A stretch of DNA of 63,504 nucleotides, filler included, from Basidiobolus ranarum (lineage: Eukaryota), in the NCBI GenBank assembly GCA_040143965.1. It is 17 parts of 17 records of this genome, joined end to end, with 100 filler letters (N's around TTAATTAATTAA, not from the genome) between each part and the next. Parts side by side here need not be neighbours in the genome. Positions count along the whole stretch, not along the records: positions 37,455 to 41,092 come from JASJQH010009240.1; positions 41,193 to 44,830 come from JASJQH010009241.1; positions 44,931 to 48,567 come from JASJQH010009242.1; positions 48,668 to 52,303 come from JASJQH010009243.1; 13 more parts are not named here. One strand, 5' to 3'. The notes under the pieces were generated by a model. The model saw only the letters and a list, made by a program, of their open reading frames with translations, had not been told where the DNA came from and did no database searches. The position numbers were made by a program, and so were the translations under genes. Positions 38,099-51,180 of the stretch are shown here, piece after piece. Position 1 is the first letter of the stretch, and each line of letters opens with the position of its first letter.

Positions 38099-40965
38099 TG
38101 TAAGGTCGAGAGAATTGGCACTGCGGTCGTTGACTACTTTGAGATTCTAAAGCTTAGAAGTATCAAGTTTTATAGATCTTGTGTTAAAAACTTATGTAAA
38201 TAAATGAAATGCCTCCAAGGGACTTGCTGTATCAAATTAATGGAGCACCAAGAGCTACGCACAGCACAAGTGTTAGATTCACATCATCGAGCCAGAGCAT
38301 TAAGAATAAATATGAAATATTTGATAAGCACGAGCAATAGACATTATGCTTGGCTATCAACATCGGCATACCTTTCAAAGCCTACCGCAGATATTGAGTA
38401 TTAACTGCAGTTCTTATGCCTATCACATCATAGTGCCAAACTTCCATCAGTGTAGTGCTCCATTATCTCAAGATTGCATTACACTATTTAGGGATTGTAG
38501 TTTTATTGTTCAAAAATGAATTCCTATTCTCACATTGCTCTAACTTCGTTTGAGTTTTTCCCTTTCTTAGTATTGCTGCTATTTGAACTCAAACTTTGTA
38601 GAATGTTCATGTTGGCATTTGGCTGAACACCAGCCGTAACTTTAGCTTATATGCATAATTATTTGATGTCAACTGCTCTTAGTAAGGCAACAGTTGCAAA
38701 ATAGCGAACGCAAAGTAGTTAATGGTGTGAACAGTCAGTGGCGATGTATTCTATTTTTGTCAATGTTTGATACTACTATTTGAGGTTATTGAGCCAAAAT
38801 TTCCTCTAGAGGCGCAAGTATGAAATGAATGTACTCCAATTAAGTCGTGGAAATGATTCTCACCTCCACAATGCATTACCACTCTCGATATAATTCTGAG
38901 GGCAGAGAGAACTTGACATTATCTATATATCTCAGTTCACACATACTATATCCAGTTATTCATCTTAAGCTCACTTGAGGCATAAAACCTTTAGCTCTTT
39001 CAGCTACAATTTCTCTCAATTTTGAATATCAAGAGTTGAAGACTCTGAGAATTGGATTTATCAATCACTTTGTGCTTGCAAATATTGAAGTTTGAAGTAC
39101 AAATACTTCTCGCTTATTAGCATGATACAATGCTGAATGAGATAAGCTCCAAACAGAAAACGCCCAGTGCAGAAATAGTGAGCATTATCATGTGGTAGAG
39201 TGCTGTGAGGCATATCCCAAGGATATACAATATACTGAATATCAAAAGCCAAGGGCTTTATGAAATAGGGTGACGTATCAGCTATAAATCATGTGTGGCA
39301 AAATTACTCCTTTAATCCGAACAAAGAATCAGCAATTAGAAATATTCGAAGTCTAAGAAACTCTAGTAGTCTCATCGCGCCTATGTGGCCTATTATCGAT
39401 TGATCGCACACATTTTATTTTATATTATAATGATCTATACCAGCCTATAACTCCACTTTTTACAAATGGGCGTCCTTAAATTGACGTTAAATGCCCCGAA
39501 TAGGTCTACCTGATGCCGCCACAGTGCATTAACAGCTGTTGGGCAACTGAATTATATATACCATTAAAAATGGAATTTTAGGCTACGGCTGCTAATTCCT
39601 AAGATACTAAGAGTGGAGTCTAGAGTGCCCATTTTATGTATTTTAATGTAGACATGGTTACATATCCAAAGTATAAAAATTCCAGAGAATATTCGACTCC
39701 GTAAGAAACTCCCGATTAATGACGCCGAAATGTACCTCGCATGCAAATGGTTTATACTTTCTTAGCCTGAACAGGATTATACTTTCTGGATAATCCCATC
39801 ACAGTCAGTGGGTATGTTTGTGCTCTGTTCAGTTGCCATTCTGGTAACATTCTCTAATAGTACCGGATTAGATCCTCCACAGCCTATTAGTATAGAGAAT
39901 AATTTATCCAATCTCGGGCTATTCCCCAAAATCTATAATTAGGTTTGTGCCAGCGAGACTGGTGATCACAGGTTTCAATAACGGGCTAGCATGCGCGGGA
40001 GCACGGTATCTAGTTACGCGACTGAGCGACTTAATAATACCAGGGATATACAAATTCGGTAGCTCGAACCTTTACAGTAACTTTAAATAGAAAAGATTGC
40101 GACTAAAGGATATCTGAAGGTATGATCAGAAATACAATACAAGATCAGCTTGATGATAGTCAACCAATCCGATCATATTAGTAGAGCAACAAGGAAAAGT
40201 AGTTTCATTTGGCTCATAGCACGTATTTTTCAAATCCAAAATACATTCTCAGCATGTTCAAGCTGGTGGTATAAACATCAGGGACAAGGAAACGCTAACC
40301 AACTAAGCTGTCTAGTCACTTCTCTCTTGAGTTTAATGTCAATATACGTTACCGAGGCTACATGCCCTCCCCGGTTTAGATTCCTTGATAAGTCTACCCT
40401 GATCGGCCCGACATGATGTCGATGTAACCGTTAGTGATAGTGCCACAAAAGAATGGAATAAACGATTAATTCCTTCTGTTTTCAATATTGAAGTTTCTTT
40501 ACCTTCGCGGTCCCGAGTCACCTGTTTGTCGTACAGTAATTAATCTTTCAACACCATAAAGTGCTGCAATTAAAATTAGGCGTTGACATACTACGATGGG
40601 GTTGCATCATTAATGGAGAATAAGAAGCTGCCAATAGTGTAACTGATGTGTAGAGTGATATTCTAGATTTGACTACTGGAAACAAGATCGAATTTACAAC
40701 TGATTCGTATCCTATATTCTGCTATCGAGAATGTTGAGAAAAATCAAGACCTTGTCTTACAGAAGTCTTTGAATAAAGATAATATAATGGAACTATATCA
40801 GCAGTAACATCTAGACATCATCATCGTGGTCATACCTACGATCACAGGATATCTTATATAAGGGTAGGGTTTCTCTGGTTGGAAGTCATCCCATCTGAGA
40901 GTTAATTACTAGTCTAATAGTTTCCCTGGAATCCTTGGTTTCCCTCTTTTCTGTGAAAATTAGAC

Positions 40966-41092
40966 ATGTCTAACGGTAAAACCCCAAGCTCCTCCTCTCC
41001 TCAGTGCAGGACACAACCCACCGTTAGATTTGAAACAAGGAATCCGGTAAATTCCGTAAGTTCCAACGAAGACACTCTAATGGAAGAGGATG
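40966..41092 (+). CDS. N-terminal fragment of an unknown protein (truncated)
   Basis: ATG about 110 bp after a TATATAAG box; frame open to the contig end; no recognisable motif. Confidence 0.3.
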
Positions 41093-41317
41093 NNNNNNNN
41101 NNNNNNNNNNNNNNNNNNNNNNNNNNNNNNNNNNNNTTAATTAATTAANNNNNNNNNNNNNNNNNNNNNNNNNNNNNNNNNNNNNNNNNNNNTATACTTA
41201 AGTATTTCCCATACCCATTGTTTTTTGCCATCATACCCCTTGTAATTTGCCAGTAGTCTTTAGTGTCTCAAAGACTATTTTTTAAGTGTTTCCCATACCC
41301 ATCGTTTCCGGGTGACA

Positions 41318-42180
41318 TTCATATGTATGGTGATGGATTAAATCAATTCCCATATGAGAGTTGACAGGGAGAGCATCATGTTGCTGTAGCACAAGTACAG
41401 CATTTTCAAGCTCTTGTACTATTATTGAGTGGCTCACTAACTGCTGACTAGTTGCTTCAGAACACTATAGTAATTGCAACATTGCAGCATCATTGCTTGT
41501 CATGGCCTGCATAGCAACTTTGTATTTTTTACTTATGATTGCACACAAATTATTATACTGTTTTGCCTGAGACTCCCTTGTTGTATTAGTTATATCCAAA
41601 CTTTTTATGGAGGGTTGTTTGATAGTTGGCAAAGTCACCATTGTGGTAGTTGACAGTCTTGACAGTATTTTTGTGGGAATTTGTTCAAATATTTACTTAC
41701 TATGTAACTGGGGGATTACAATCTCCTCACTTGCAAGATTACTGGAGAGGAACATATCTAGTAAATAGACTGATGCTTCATCACTACTTGTGTTAGTTTC
41801 TGGCAAGTTAAAGCCTTCTAAAGTGGATAGTGGATTGCTAGACTACTCATTGATTAAGTTGTCTGTTCTTCCTGGTTCTTTTCCTTAATGGAAGAAGCAT
41901 TGATTATTGAGAAGTGGATAGTTTCATCCAATCTTAGCAACCAGGTGTTTATTGGTTTTTTTAAGCTTTTACCACAGTAGATTGGCAACTGTTGCTTGCC
42001 ACAGACCTGATACAAGTAGAAAATACTGCTCAATTGTATGACCTCCAATCATTCTGTAATTAAACTACCTTCATGGCCAAATGGTTGTGTGGCTGTCATC
42101 ACTGATCTGAAAAGCCAGAAGTCATGTACTGTTTGAATACAATTGGCAATCACTGAAGCAGGTAAATATCATCTGTATTT
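41318..42180. mobile_element. Internally deleted CACTA-like copy in reverse orientation
   Basis: 41320-41860 is the reverse complement of ~45870-46410. 41870-42180 is the reverse complement of ~55480-55790. Confidence 0.65.
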
Positions 42181-44438
42181 AGCTTACTTACCATTGATTC
42201 CCTGAATCAAAGTTTTGATGAAAGCACTCAAATAGAGCACTAACAAAGAAAATAGCAATTAGATCCAGATTGGATCTACCCTTCCAAATCATAAAACATC
42301 AGAGGACCATCACAGTAGTGGCAACATGCATCCTGCCAGGTAATATGATGGTGAGGCAGTGGCTTCTTGATGGTATTTTTATGGTATTCATATATATTAA
42401 AATATTGATCCTCATATTTGGAATGCATTATTTAATTTCCAGCACTTTTCACAAAAATCTATTTTTCAAACAGCAAAACACCAGGTTTACTGCTGTAGGA
42501 ATTCAAATTACTATGTGTTACTGAATGTACATATTTTTGGCTTTGTACTCCAACTATAATGTGATCAAAAACACAAGAATCTTGCTATATTTAGTCTCTA
42601 CATAAGCACATACTTGACTGATCAGACTTAACTCAACAACATCAGTATGCATTACCAGCAAGTAAATGGTGGAAAACTTGCTAAACTTCTGAAATTTTGA
42701 TTAGTACTGACACTAGCCAAATAGCTGACTCTGCCACCATTCACAACAAGAATAAGCTCTTGATTTTGGCAAATTTCCGTTAATAATTCAGCCAAATATC
42801 CCTAACTTGCAGTCAATAAATACCCTGCCACAAGTAGATGAGTCATTGCTTGAACAGATTACCCCATGGATTAAACAAGAATCATGTGCATTGTGATCAA
42901 TTGCACCAAGAAGTCTGTCTTGCAGCTTTCCTAGAAATACTATCAGCTTGTCATACATGCAAATTAGTCCAATAATACAGAGGTACTTGCCATGTGTCCA
43001 TGGATTGACTTTTGCTGCTATTATTGTGCTCAAACAATGCAAAAACCCATGAACACATTGAAATGAGCTATTTGTTGGAAGGTTAATGTACTCTGGAGTC
43101 TCCTTGACCCTTTGCATCATATTCTTCACTCATTTTGATGATATATCATTAATCAGAACAGCATCTAATTATACTGACAATCTCACATGGTGCATCATTT
43201 CACCTAGGTGTGCTACATTGGGAGCTCCTGGAATATATAGCAAGGGCCTATAATCTCTAAGCATTGTGAAAGATGCAGCAGGGAATGTATTGAATACTGG
43301 AATAAAGTCAGTCTAACTTCTTTAAACCTGTAATACAGTTTTTCATATCCATTTACAATATCTTCATGCAGTTGCTGCATCTGCCTGAGATCAGCCAATG
43401 TGAGTTGATGCCATATGATTATATTAACAATATCCACAAACAACTCTCAATGTTGCCAATACTTATCAGGCAGATATCCTTTGATAGTTCCACTTGAATA
43501 TATACAAACCCAATACTTCCAGCCTTTGCATTTGATTAAATGCCTTGACAAGTGGATAGTGATAGGAGTCTTGGTAAAATATGATGGTATCTTGATGTTT
43601 GCAAGTGTGTTCCCAATCAATTCAACTTTGATCCTATCTTGAATGGCTGATTCATATTAAATTCTCCACTATATAGCTGAGTAAATAGTAATAGGATGTT
43701 GTTGAATAGTAAGTGCATGGTGCCTGATGGGAAGCCCTGGCTCCAGCTGATCCCTTTTGGCAATATAATCTTGGGCTTAAAGCTAATATCATGTTTGATG
43801 TTAGACTAACTATTTAGTGAATTGACATCAGTCAGCATGTTGAAATCTTACCAGGCTCTTGATGGTAAAGTTGTGGAGCTCAGTGCTGTATTTGGATTGT
43901 AGTAATGTGTATGACTGATAGAGTAAACTCCATTGATTTGACAGAACCTACAGTAAGACAGTGCATTGAGCTTGCAAAAACCTCCAAGCTTACTGATGGC
44001 AGGAGTGTCACCAATACGTACAATGATATTAAATTTAATAAAATATTCACCCATATGAACCCCATCAGATAACCATTCAAATTCCACCATCAAAGGCTCC
44101 ATGAAGCTACCTATAATCAATGGTGATTTAGGTCCAGATACAATGGATAGTATTGAAACACTATGACTCTTATATTGTTCACAAGGAGAAAGATTTGTGT
44201 TAATTAAAACTATCGGCCAACAACCCTTTCTGATGTTATATATGTTAAGTGGAAACCATCCAGAGCCAATTCAAATATTTGATCATACGTGTTCTCAAAG
44301 AAACCTTGACTTTTCAGATTCTGGTAGTGATATCCATCTGGAATCTGGGTAATACCATTAGTTTTATGGTGAGTACTTTGGTATTGTATCAATGATCTAA
44401 TTTTAGGTGATATCATCAAACCTTTAAGATGGGGAATC

Positions 44439-44720
44439 TATCGAATTTATTTAGGGAGAAATATTGGTCTGACCAGGATTTTAACCTGGGACTTCCTTCA
44501 CTCTAGCAACATGCTCTAACCACTAAGCTACAAGTCCTTGTATGCTATGCCTATATTGCTAGGGAACCTTAACCTAGTCTGTTGATGTATTGTACTTTTG
44601 CATTTCTGCTATACCAGCAACTGATTAGCCTTAGACTTTGTGTTCAGATGCAGTCATCATACTCCATAATTTCCTCTTTGGGAACTACTACTTCTACCAC
44701 AAGTTACCAGACTTTCAACA
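44439..44720. mobile_element. 282-bp solo-LTR-like insertion with 5-bp TSD GAATC, containing a tRNA-like sequence
   Basis: GAATC lies at 44434-44438 and 44721-44725. Termini are TATCGAA...TTCAACA. The homologous empty site (one GAATC) is at ~55474. Confidence 0.85.
44465..44537 (-). ncRNA. tRNA-like sequence (degenerate, nominal anticodon AGA) inside the insertion
   Basis: 73 nt: GGACTTG TA GCTT AGTGGTTA GAGC A TGTTG CTAGAGT GAAGG AAGTC CCAGG TTAAAAT CCTGG TCAGACC A. D and T stems pair and A/B boxes are recognisable. Acceptor and anticodon stems are imperfect. Confidence 0.75.
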
Positions 44721-44930
44721 GAATCAACAGTATGTAAGCCAAACATGAACAATATTTTCCTGATTCAGTGATTGCCAGTTGTGTGCAAACAGTACATGAC
44801 TTCAGGATTTTCAGATCTCCAGTGCAAGCCNNNNNNNNNNNNNNNNNNNNNNNNNNNNNNNNNNNNNNNNNNNNTTAATTAATTAANNNNNNNNNNNNNN
44901 NNNNNNNNNNNNNNNNNNNNNNNNNNNNNN

Positions 44931-45195
44931 AAGGATGAATACAAAGAGGGATGCTGTAAGGATGATCAGATGACCTTCTATAAAAGGTCTTGGCAGAAAT
45001 ACACTGTGTGTGGGATGACATGATTGGTTAGGTTTCATGGAATGTTCCAAAGAACATGACTTCCATATAAGGTAATCAGGATGAACTAACACAAGATTGC
45101 TGAGAAGGGATAGCACAGCAGATATGATGTCATAATCTAATAATTGAGGAGTTCTATTTGCAGTGGATCAGTATGCAAAGTTCAGAATCATGACA
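44931..45195 (-). repeat. Gypsy LTR 5' part (same family as 9203-9743)
   Basis: The reverse complement starts TGTCATGATTCTGA and aligns with 9203-9470. Confidence 0.85.
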
Positions 45196-47963
45196 CAATA
45201 CAATAATCATGGTCAAAATCTAGCAGCATGTCCTCAAAGTTGTCTGCACTTACTGGTTTGACAAATGTTGCATTTCTACATACATCATACTGGTCATATA
45301 ACTATGGTAACTCCATGGTATCTTGACTTTTGGCAGTGTTACAAAAACTTTGAGGCAAGGTACAATCAGTGGACTTATTGGGCAAAACTAAAGTGGATGT
45401 CGTGCACTCATTACTGTTGATTTTCACCTGGCTTTGTGCAGCTGGTGGCTCTGTTCAGAGACCATGCTTGTAATTTTTTTCTATGAAGCCTCTAGCTTTC
45501 ATAGTACAAAATATGTGATAATAATAGCAGGGTTCTTTAAATACTTGTGGTGTGGTATGAGAATGATAAGGTAGAAAAAAGAACACCTCCTACATAAGGC
45601 TGGCATTTTGGGTATAGCCCATTAATATCATCAGCTGATTCTGAGATGGTGTCACAGATGAGTCATCTGGGTATTTACAAGATATTTCTGGTAATGGATG
45701 GCAACTATGGTTTCTAATAAGCAGCTGCCAAGCAATTTCATCACACCAAATTTACCATCTGAAAATTTCAATGCCAACTAAAAAGCATTCAAATTCAAAA
45801 TCAAAATCAAATTTGGCTTCCAAACAAAAGCCTGCTGGCATAAAAGGAAAAAAACCAGCAAGAACCAGGGACTTCATTGTTGAGCAGTCTAGTAAACTAC
45901 TATCCACTTTGGGAGGCATTAATATGCTGCAAACTACCTCAAGTAATGATGAAGCTTTGAGCAATTTACCAGAATGTATTGATATCTTGAATACCACAAG
46001 TGAAGAGATTGTTATATTCTAATTGCATAGTAAATTGATAAATAAGAAAAGTTAAACAGAAGCACCATCAAGACCATCAACTTCCAAAATGGCTAATTTG
46101 CCCACTATTGAACAACCCTCTGTAGAAAATTTGGATAGAATTATTACAAAAAGGGAATTGCAGGCAGATCACCATAATGATTTGTATGCAATCATAATTA
46201 TAAACTACAAAGTTGCTATACAGGCCATGACAAGCAATAATGTCACTATATCACAATTAAAGCAGCATTTGGAAGCAACCAGTCAATAGTTAGAGAGTCA
46301 CTCAACAAAGATACAAGACCCTCACAATGCTGTACTTGAGCTACAGCAACATGCCGCACCCTCCATGCATTCTCATAAGGGATTTCAATCAAACCTACAC
46401 CATACATAAGAACATCACCATGACAGTCTAGAAGAGAAGAATTTTTGCCAACCATTAAGCCCACACAATGATCAAAAATTGCCTGGGCACATGAAAGTAG
46501 AAATCTTATATGAAACCGGTAAACCAAAAGACTCTGAATGTCAGAGCTGCCATCACTTGCATAGATGCTCAGTGATTTAAGATTTTGGAAGCTGGCTAAA
46601 TTTTGCCCAGAATCACCTTGATTTGTGTCAATTGTGGAATTACCATAAACCAGGTTTTGCTCTGAAGGTTCTTGAGATATTTCATGCGGCTGATCCTGGA
46701 CTTTTGCAAGCAAATGGTAATTGGGCTAGTATAGGCCTATTCAGGAAACATCTCAAAAATGTGCACAATTATTGACTTGGGAAAGAAGGAAAAACAGCTA
46801 AAGAAGTACTCAAGGAGCAGGCAGTTAATAAACCCAAAAGAAAAGCGAAGAAGACAGTGAGTGCAGGCTCTACTGTATTATTTTCCACATTCTTCACACC
46901 ATTACAAAGATTTGTATTTCCAGATGCAGATTTACTGGCAAACAAGCTTAATTTCACCATGGAACCAGGTAAACCAGTTGGAAGAGTGCTCAATTTGGGT
47001 GTTTATCCCACACCTGGCACCTCTCAACAAGCCAAAGCACCAGCAAATAAAACTAATGGCTCTCCAATCTCAACCAGTACATTTCAAAGTGTTGAAATTA
47101 GCCTTAAAGTTAAAGGCAAGCAAAAAAGCTACACAAACACCACAAAGCACCCTCATTGATGTCATGCATCAAGGATGTATAAGCATAGCCATATGCTTGA
47201 GGGGTATTTTCAAAATTGTAAGGGGAAAAAAGCAGGTCAAGTGTGCAGAAAGCAGCTTTAGAAGAAGAACATTTAACTTGAAATTCAGTCTGGTGTTGAC
47301 TGTGCAGATATCTGGGAAGAACTTAATTCAGAGTGGCACCATATTGCAAGGTATCCACCAGATAGCTGGAAGAATGTTGATTCAGCAACATTAATACAGC
47401 AGTGGGCTATGATGGAGATAGTGATACAAACTTGTGTTGGGTATAAGCTAAACCTTGACTATGAAGAACTTGATAAGAATATTCAGGAGATTATATCGAA
47501 AAACTAGGGATCCCAAAGATGACAAACTCTCCTTCAAGTGGTAAATATGTAAAATTTGAGTTACATTTTTTGATCATGTTTTATCCTTATTTCTCTGAGA
47601 TTGTAGCCAATCATATGCAACTATTTTGTGAGATCTTGAAATTTCACTCCTGAAACTGAAAAAATGGATTAAAATCAAATCTTACTTGAAAATTTTATGA
47701 TGGTAAGTGGACTTGTTCTCCATGATAGTGCCAAATTGTGCTATGTATTTCAAATTGGATAAAGTATTCTAAAATTTATGTGGCATAATTTGACACTATC
47801 CAGCGCCCTCTGGCATGATGAATATCAGTTAAATTTACTCCAATGTATTGATCCAAAGTCTAATAAATCCTGGCACAATGGAACAAGTCTAGTAAACAAA
47901 CAATCTAAATTGGATTAAAATTGTGATGGATTTCCTACAATAACAATCTTCTTTTCTGTTAGG
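45196..47963 (+). mobile_element. CACTA-like transposon right half with degenerate second ORF (MPTKKHSNSK.. from 45771) and right terminus
   Basis: 45225-45354 overlaps 55905-56037. ORF remnants recur at 41320-41860, 51570-52303 and 52404-53080. Ends TTCTGTTAGG. Confidence 0.7.
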
Positions 47964-48567
47964 ATCTGAGTTTATCTCCTGGCTTAGGACAGAGGTATCA
48001 TATCATCTGGCATTGAATTAGGCACTTCAGTAGGCAAAAGTTTAGTTGAAGGGTCTACAAGTATGCTATTTTTTTAACTGATTTGATTTTGAATTAATTT
48101 GAATGATTGGATTAGGCAGATGTAAATTTTCTCACAACGTGCAGTCATTTTGGATGAATATATTTCAATTTCATTAACATCATATCCCTGGACTTTTTAA
48201 GTAGCAAATTTAGGAAACATGGAGTCTGTAGGCCTTAGTTTGAGTACATTAACCCAGAAATATGAATTTCTTACTTTTTGGATCCAATATAGACCAATCC
48301 TTGGTCATAATCTTGACATAAGCAATACATCCAAAAACCCTCAAATGCTTTACATCAAGTGTATTTCCAAACCATGCTTTATATGGTCTAGAGTTAGACA
48401 CACTTCTACAAGAACAGCTATTCCTTGGATATAAAGCTGTAGCAACATATTTGCCCACAGATTATGAGAAAATTATGTGCATTGATCATAGATCTTGCCA
48501 TTCCTAATATAGTCCTGTTAGCACTTTCAGCAACTCCATTTTGTTGAGGTGAATAGGGGGCAGCAGT
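47964..48567 (-). mobile_element. Copia integrase fragment
   Basis: PYSPQQNGVAESANRTILGMARSMI and PYKAWFG..HLRVFGCIAYV..LDPKSKKFIFLG. Confidence 0.85.
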
Positions 48568-48667
48568 NNNNNNNNNNNNNNNNNNNNNNNNNNNNNNNNN
48601 NNNNNNNNNNNTTAATTAATTAANNNNNNNNNNNNNNNNNNNNNNNNNNNNNNNNNNNNNNNNNNNN

Positions 48668-50244
48668 TGGAAATCTAGAAGAAGGGATATATATGGAGCA
48701 ACCAGATGAATTTGTTTTCCCAAACATCCTGATATGGTCTGTAAACTGCTAAAATTCCTCTACGGACTCAAGCAAGCAACCAGGGCATGGTACAACAAGA
48801 TAGATACCAATTTGGAACCTCTGGAATTCCAAAAATCCACAGCAGATCACAGTATTTACATCAAAGCAACCGGAAACAGGATCCTTATCTTGGCCCCATA
48901 TGTGGACAACTTAATCATGGCCACAAATGATCTAGAAGCACTTAATCAGACAACAAGCAGCTTATCAAACTAATTTCAGAAGACTGCTATGGGTGAATTA
49001 CATTAATTTATGGAATCCAAATTAAGAGAGATAAACCAAATCAGAAAATCATGCTGAATCAGTCTAGATACATCTTAGACATCCTAAAATGCTGCAACAT
49101 GTAGAATAGCAAGCCTGTATCAACACCAATAGACCCCAATGTGAAATTAATAAAAATTTCATCTGATTTGGCTGCAAAATCACTCATATCAAAGCCAGGA
49201 GTTCCCTTATCAATCCATGGTTGGTAGTTTAATGTATACAATGGTTGAAACATGTCCAGACATTTCTGTGGCAGTGGGAACTGTCAGCCAATACCTCAAA
49301 AATGCAGGATCTGAGCACAAAACTGCAGTAAAAAAACATTCAGGTATTTGAGAGGTACTGTAGACCTAGTTGTGGAATACTCTGCCACTCCTGATACACA
49401 AAATTTGGAAGGCTACAGTGATGCAGACTGGGGAAGAAACCTGGATGATACAAGATCAACAACTGGATACACTTTTCTCCATGGTAATGTAGCCATAACT
49501 TGGAATAATAAGAAGTAACCAACAACTGCACCTTCTACAACAGAAGCAGAGAAGATGGCTGCCTCTGCTACTACACAAGTGGCTATGTGGTTAAGGAAGT
49601 TATTTACAGACTTAGGATACATGCAAAAACATGCTATTACCATGTTTGAAGATAATCAAAGTTGTATTTCATTAGCCAAAAACCCTACATTTCATGCTTG
49701 AACAAAACACATAGATATTAGGCATCATTTTGTTAGAGAAGCAATAGGGAATGATATAATTGAGCTTTTCTATTGCCCTACTGAAGAAACAATAGCTGAT
49801 ATCTTAACTAAGCCTTTAGCTAAAGCATAATTTGAATTATTAATACATAAGTTAGGTTTAAGAGAAATGCAAAATAATTAGTGGTGTGGGAATGTTGAAA
49901 TTGGGTAAATAGCAACTTATTATTTAGTAGATAGTTGATTCATATTCTATTTATTTAGCACTCAACTCTGGCATTCAAAAATGTGTGTTTATTGCTCTAA
50001 TTGATAGAAATATCAATTATATCACTTTTACCAATTTTTACTATTTTCTCAAAACTTCTCCAAATCACCTCAAACGTTTGCCCATGCTTTACAGGCATGT
50101 TTGTTGTGATCTAAGCACATCCAATAGTCCTATTTCATAGTAAACTATAAATAGGACATATTCAATACAATAAAACTCAAATGTCTAATTCACAAATCCA
50201 AATCTTGTCTAAAACACTTCCAATTCTACTAAACACTTTTATCA
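48668..50244 (+). mobile_element. Copia family A 3' end: RT, RNase H, PPT and 3' LTR (49893-50244)
   Basis: LYGLKQA, YVDN, GYSDADW, STTEAE, FEDNQSCI..HA*TKHIDIRHHFVRE and ADILTKPL. LTR reads TGTTGAAA...TTTTATCA. Confidence 0.92.
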
Positions 50245-50252
50245 GATGTAAT

Positions 50253-51180
50253 TGTTGAACTTAGCATTGCCTAAGCACCTATATAGTCATATATAGCTCA
50301 GTACTTAGTTATCTTATATTTCACTAAGATATTTTCCATTATTCTAAATTAGAGCTTATTCATATTATTTGTACAAATTGAGAAATTCTCAGATATGTAG
50401 ATTTCTCTAACTTGTGCTAGAAGCCCCAAACATTGTGCATATATTCTTGGGGCCTTCCTTGATACATTCTACATGTTAGTTTGTTTACAGCTTGACTAAA
50501 CTATAAATATCAACTTTCCACTCATTAACTCAACAAGTGAAAATCACCAATTTCTCTAATTCTGCAAAACACTTACAACAGGCCCCCAAATACTTGAACA
50601 GTATTTGAACCCTGAGCTCGCACTCTCTGTAATGTCTTCTTCTTAAATTTATGGAACTTTTCCCTCTTCTGAAAAATTGTGTGGAACCTTAAATTACATA
50701 TTTAGCAGACTTCTGGATGAAAATTAACACAAGTGGGGATCCATCTGAAAGAATGAAGAAAATGACTTGATAGGCTGTGAGAAACCTTCCTGTAAAGATC
50801 AACCGCACTTTAAAAGAAATATAACTCATTTTGTGCTTACTGTAAAACAACTAGCTATTTATGCAATGATTGCTTCAAAGGAATTCCAAAAGAAGAAAAA
50901 CACACCTAATCTGGAAATGTTGCTATACAAGAAGATCACTTGTTCATATCTGCTCAATATATAATTACAAACAAGGATTCCCAGAAATGGTATATTGATT
51001 CAGGAGCCTCCCAACTTTTAACAAATGAAACACAGTGGTTTGCAGACCTTGGAATAGCAAGATAGATGCTTTTTTGGAAACACTCAAATTCCAAAAGAAT
51101 ATGGCCAACTATAGTATCCACTTCAGGCCAGATAAGACAAACCCAGTTTTATTAGCATTATGTGTAGAAGGCCTAATTAT
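50253..51180 (+). mobile_element. Copia family B 5' end: LTR 50253-50600, degenerate PBS and decayed gag
   Basis: TGTTGAACTTAGC...TTGAACA, then GAACCCTGAGCTCGCACTCTCTG, then SEKLCG..NY (gag N-terminus pattern). Confidence 0.75.

Larger units (their letters stand above)
42238..44830 (-). mobile_element. CACTA/EnSpm-like DNA transposon: terminus plus degenerate TNP2-type transposase
   Basis: Begins CACTAACAAAGAAAAT. Minus-strand remnants: LALDGF, SGPKSP, SFMEPL, GDTPAISKLGG..CRFCQING, and IHSLLHL..IIGP (Transposase_21/DUF4218-type motifs). Confidence 0.85.

Noticed and set aside
44465-44537. Functional tRNA-Ser(AGA) gene
   Set aside because: Acceptor and anticodon stems are mispaired, the T loop is TTAAAAT instead of TTCGAAT, there is no long variable arm, and it sits inside a mobile insertion.
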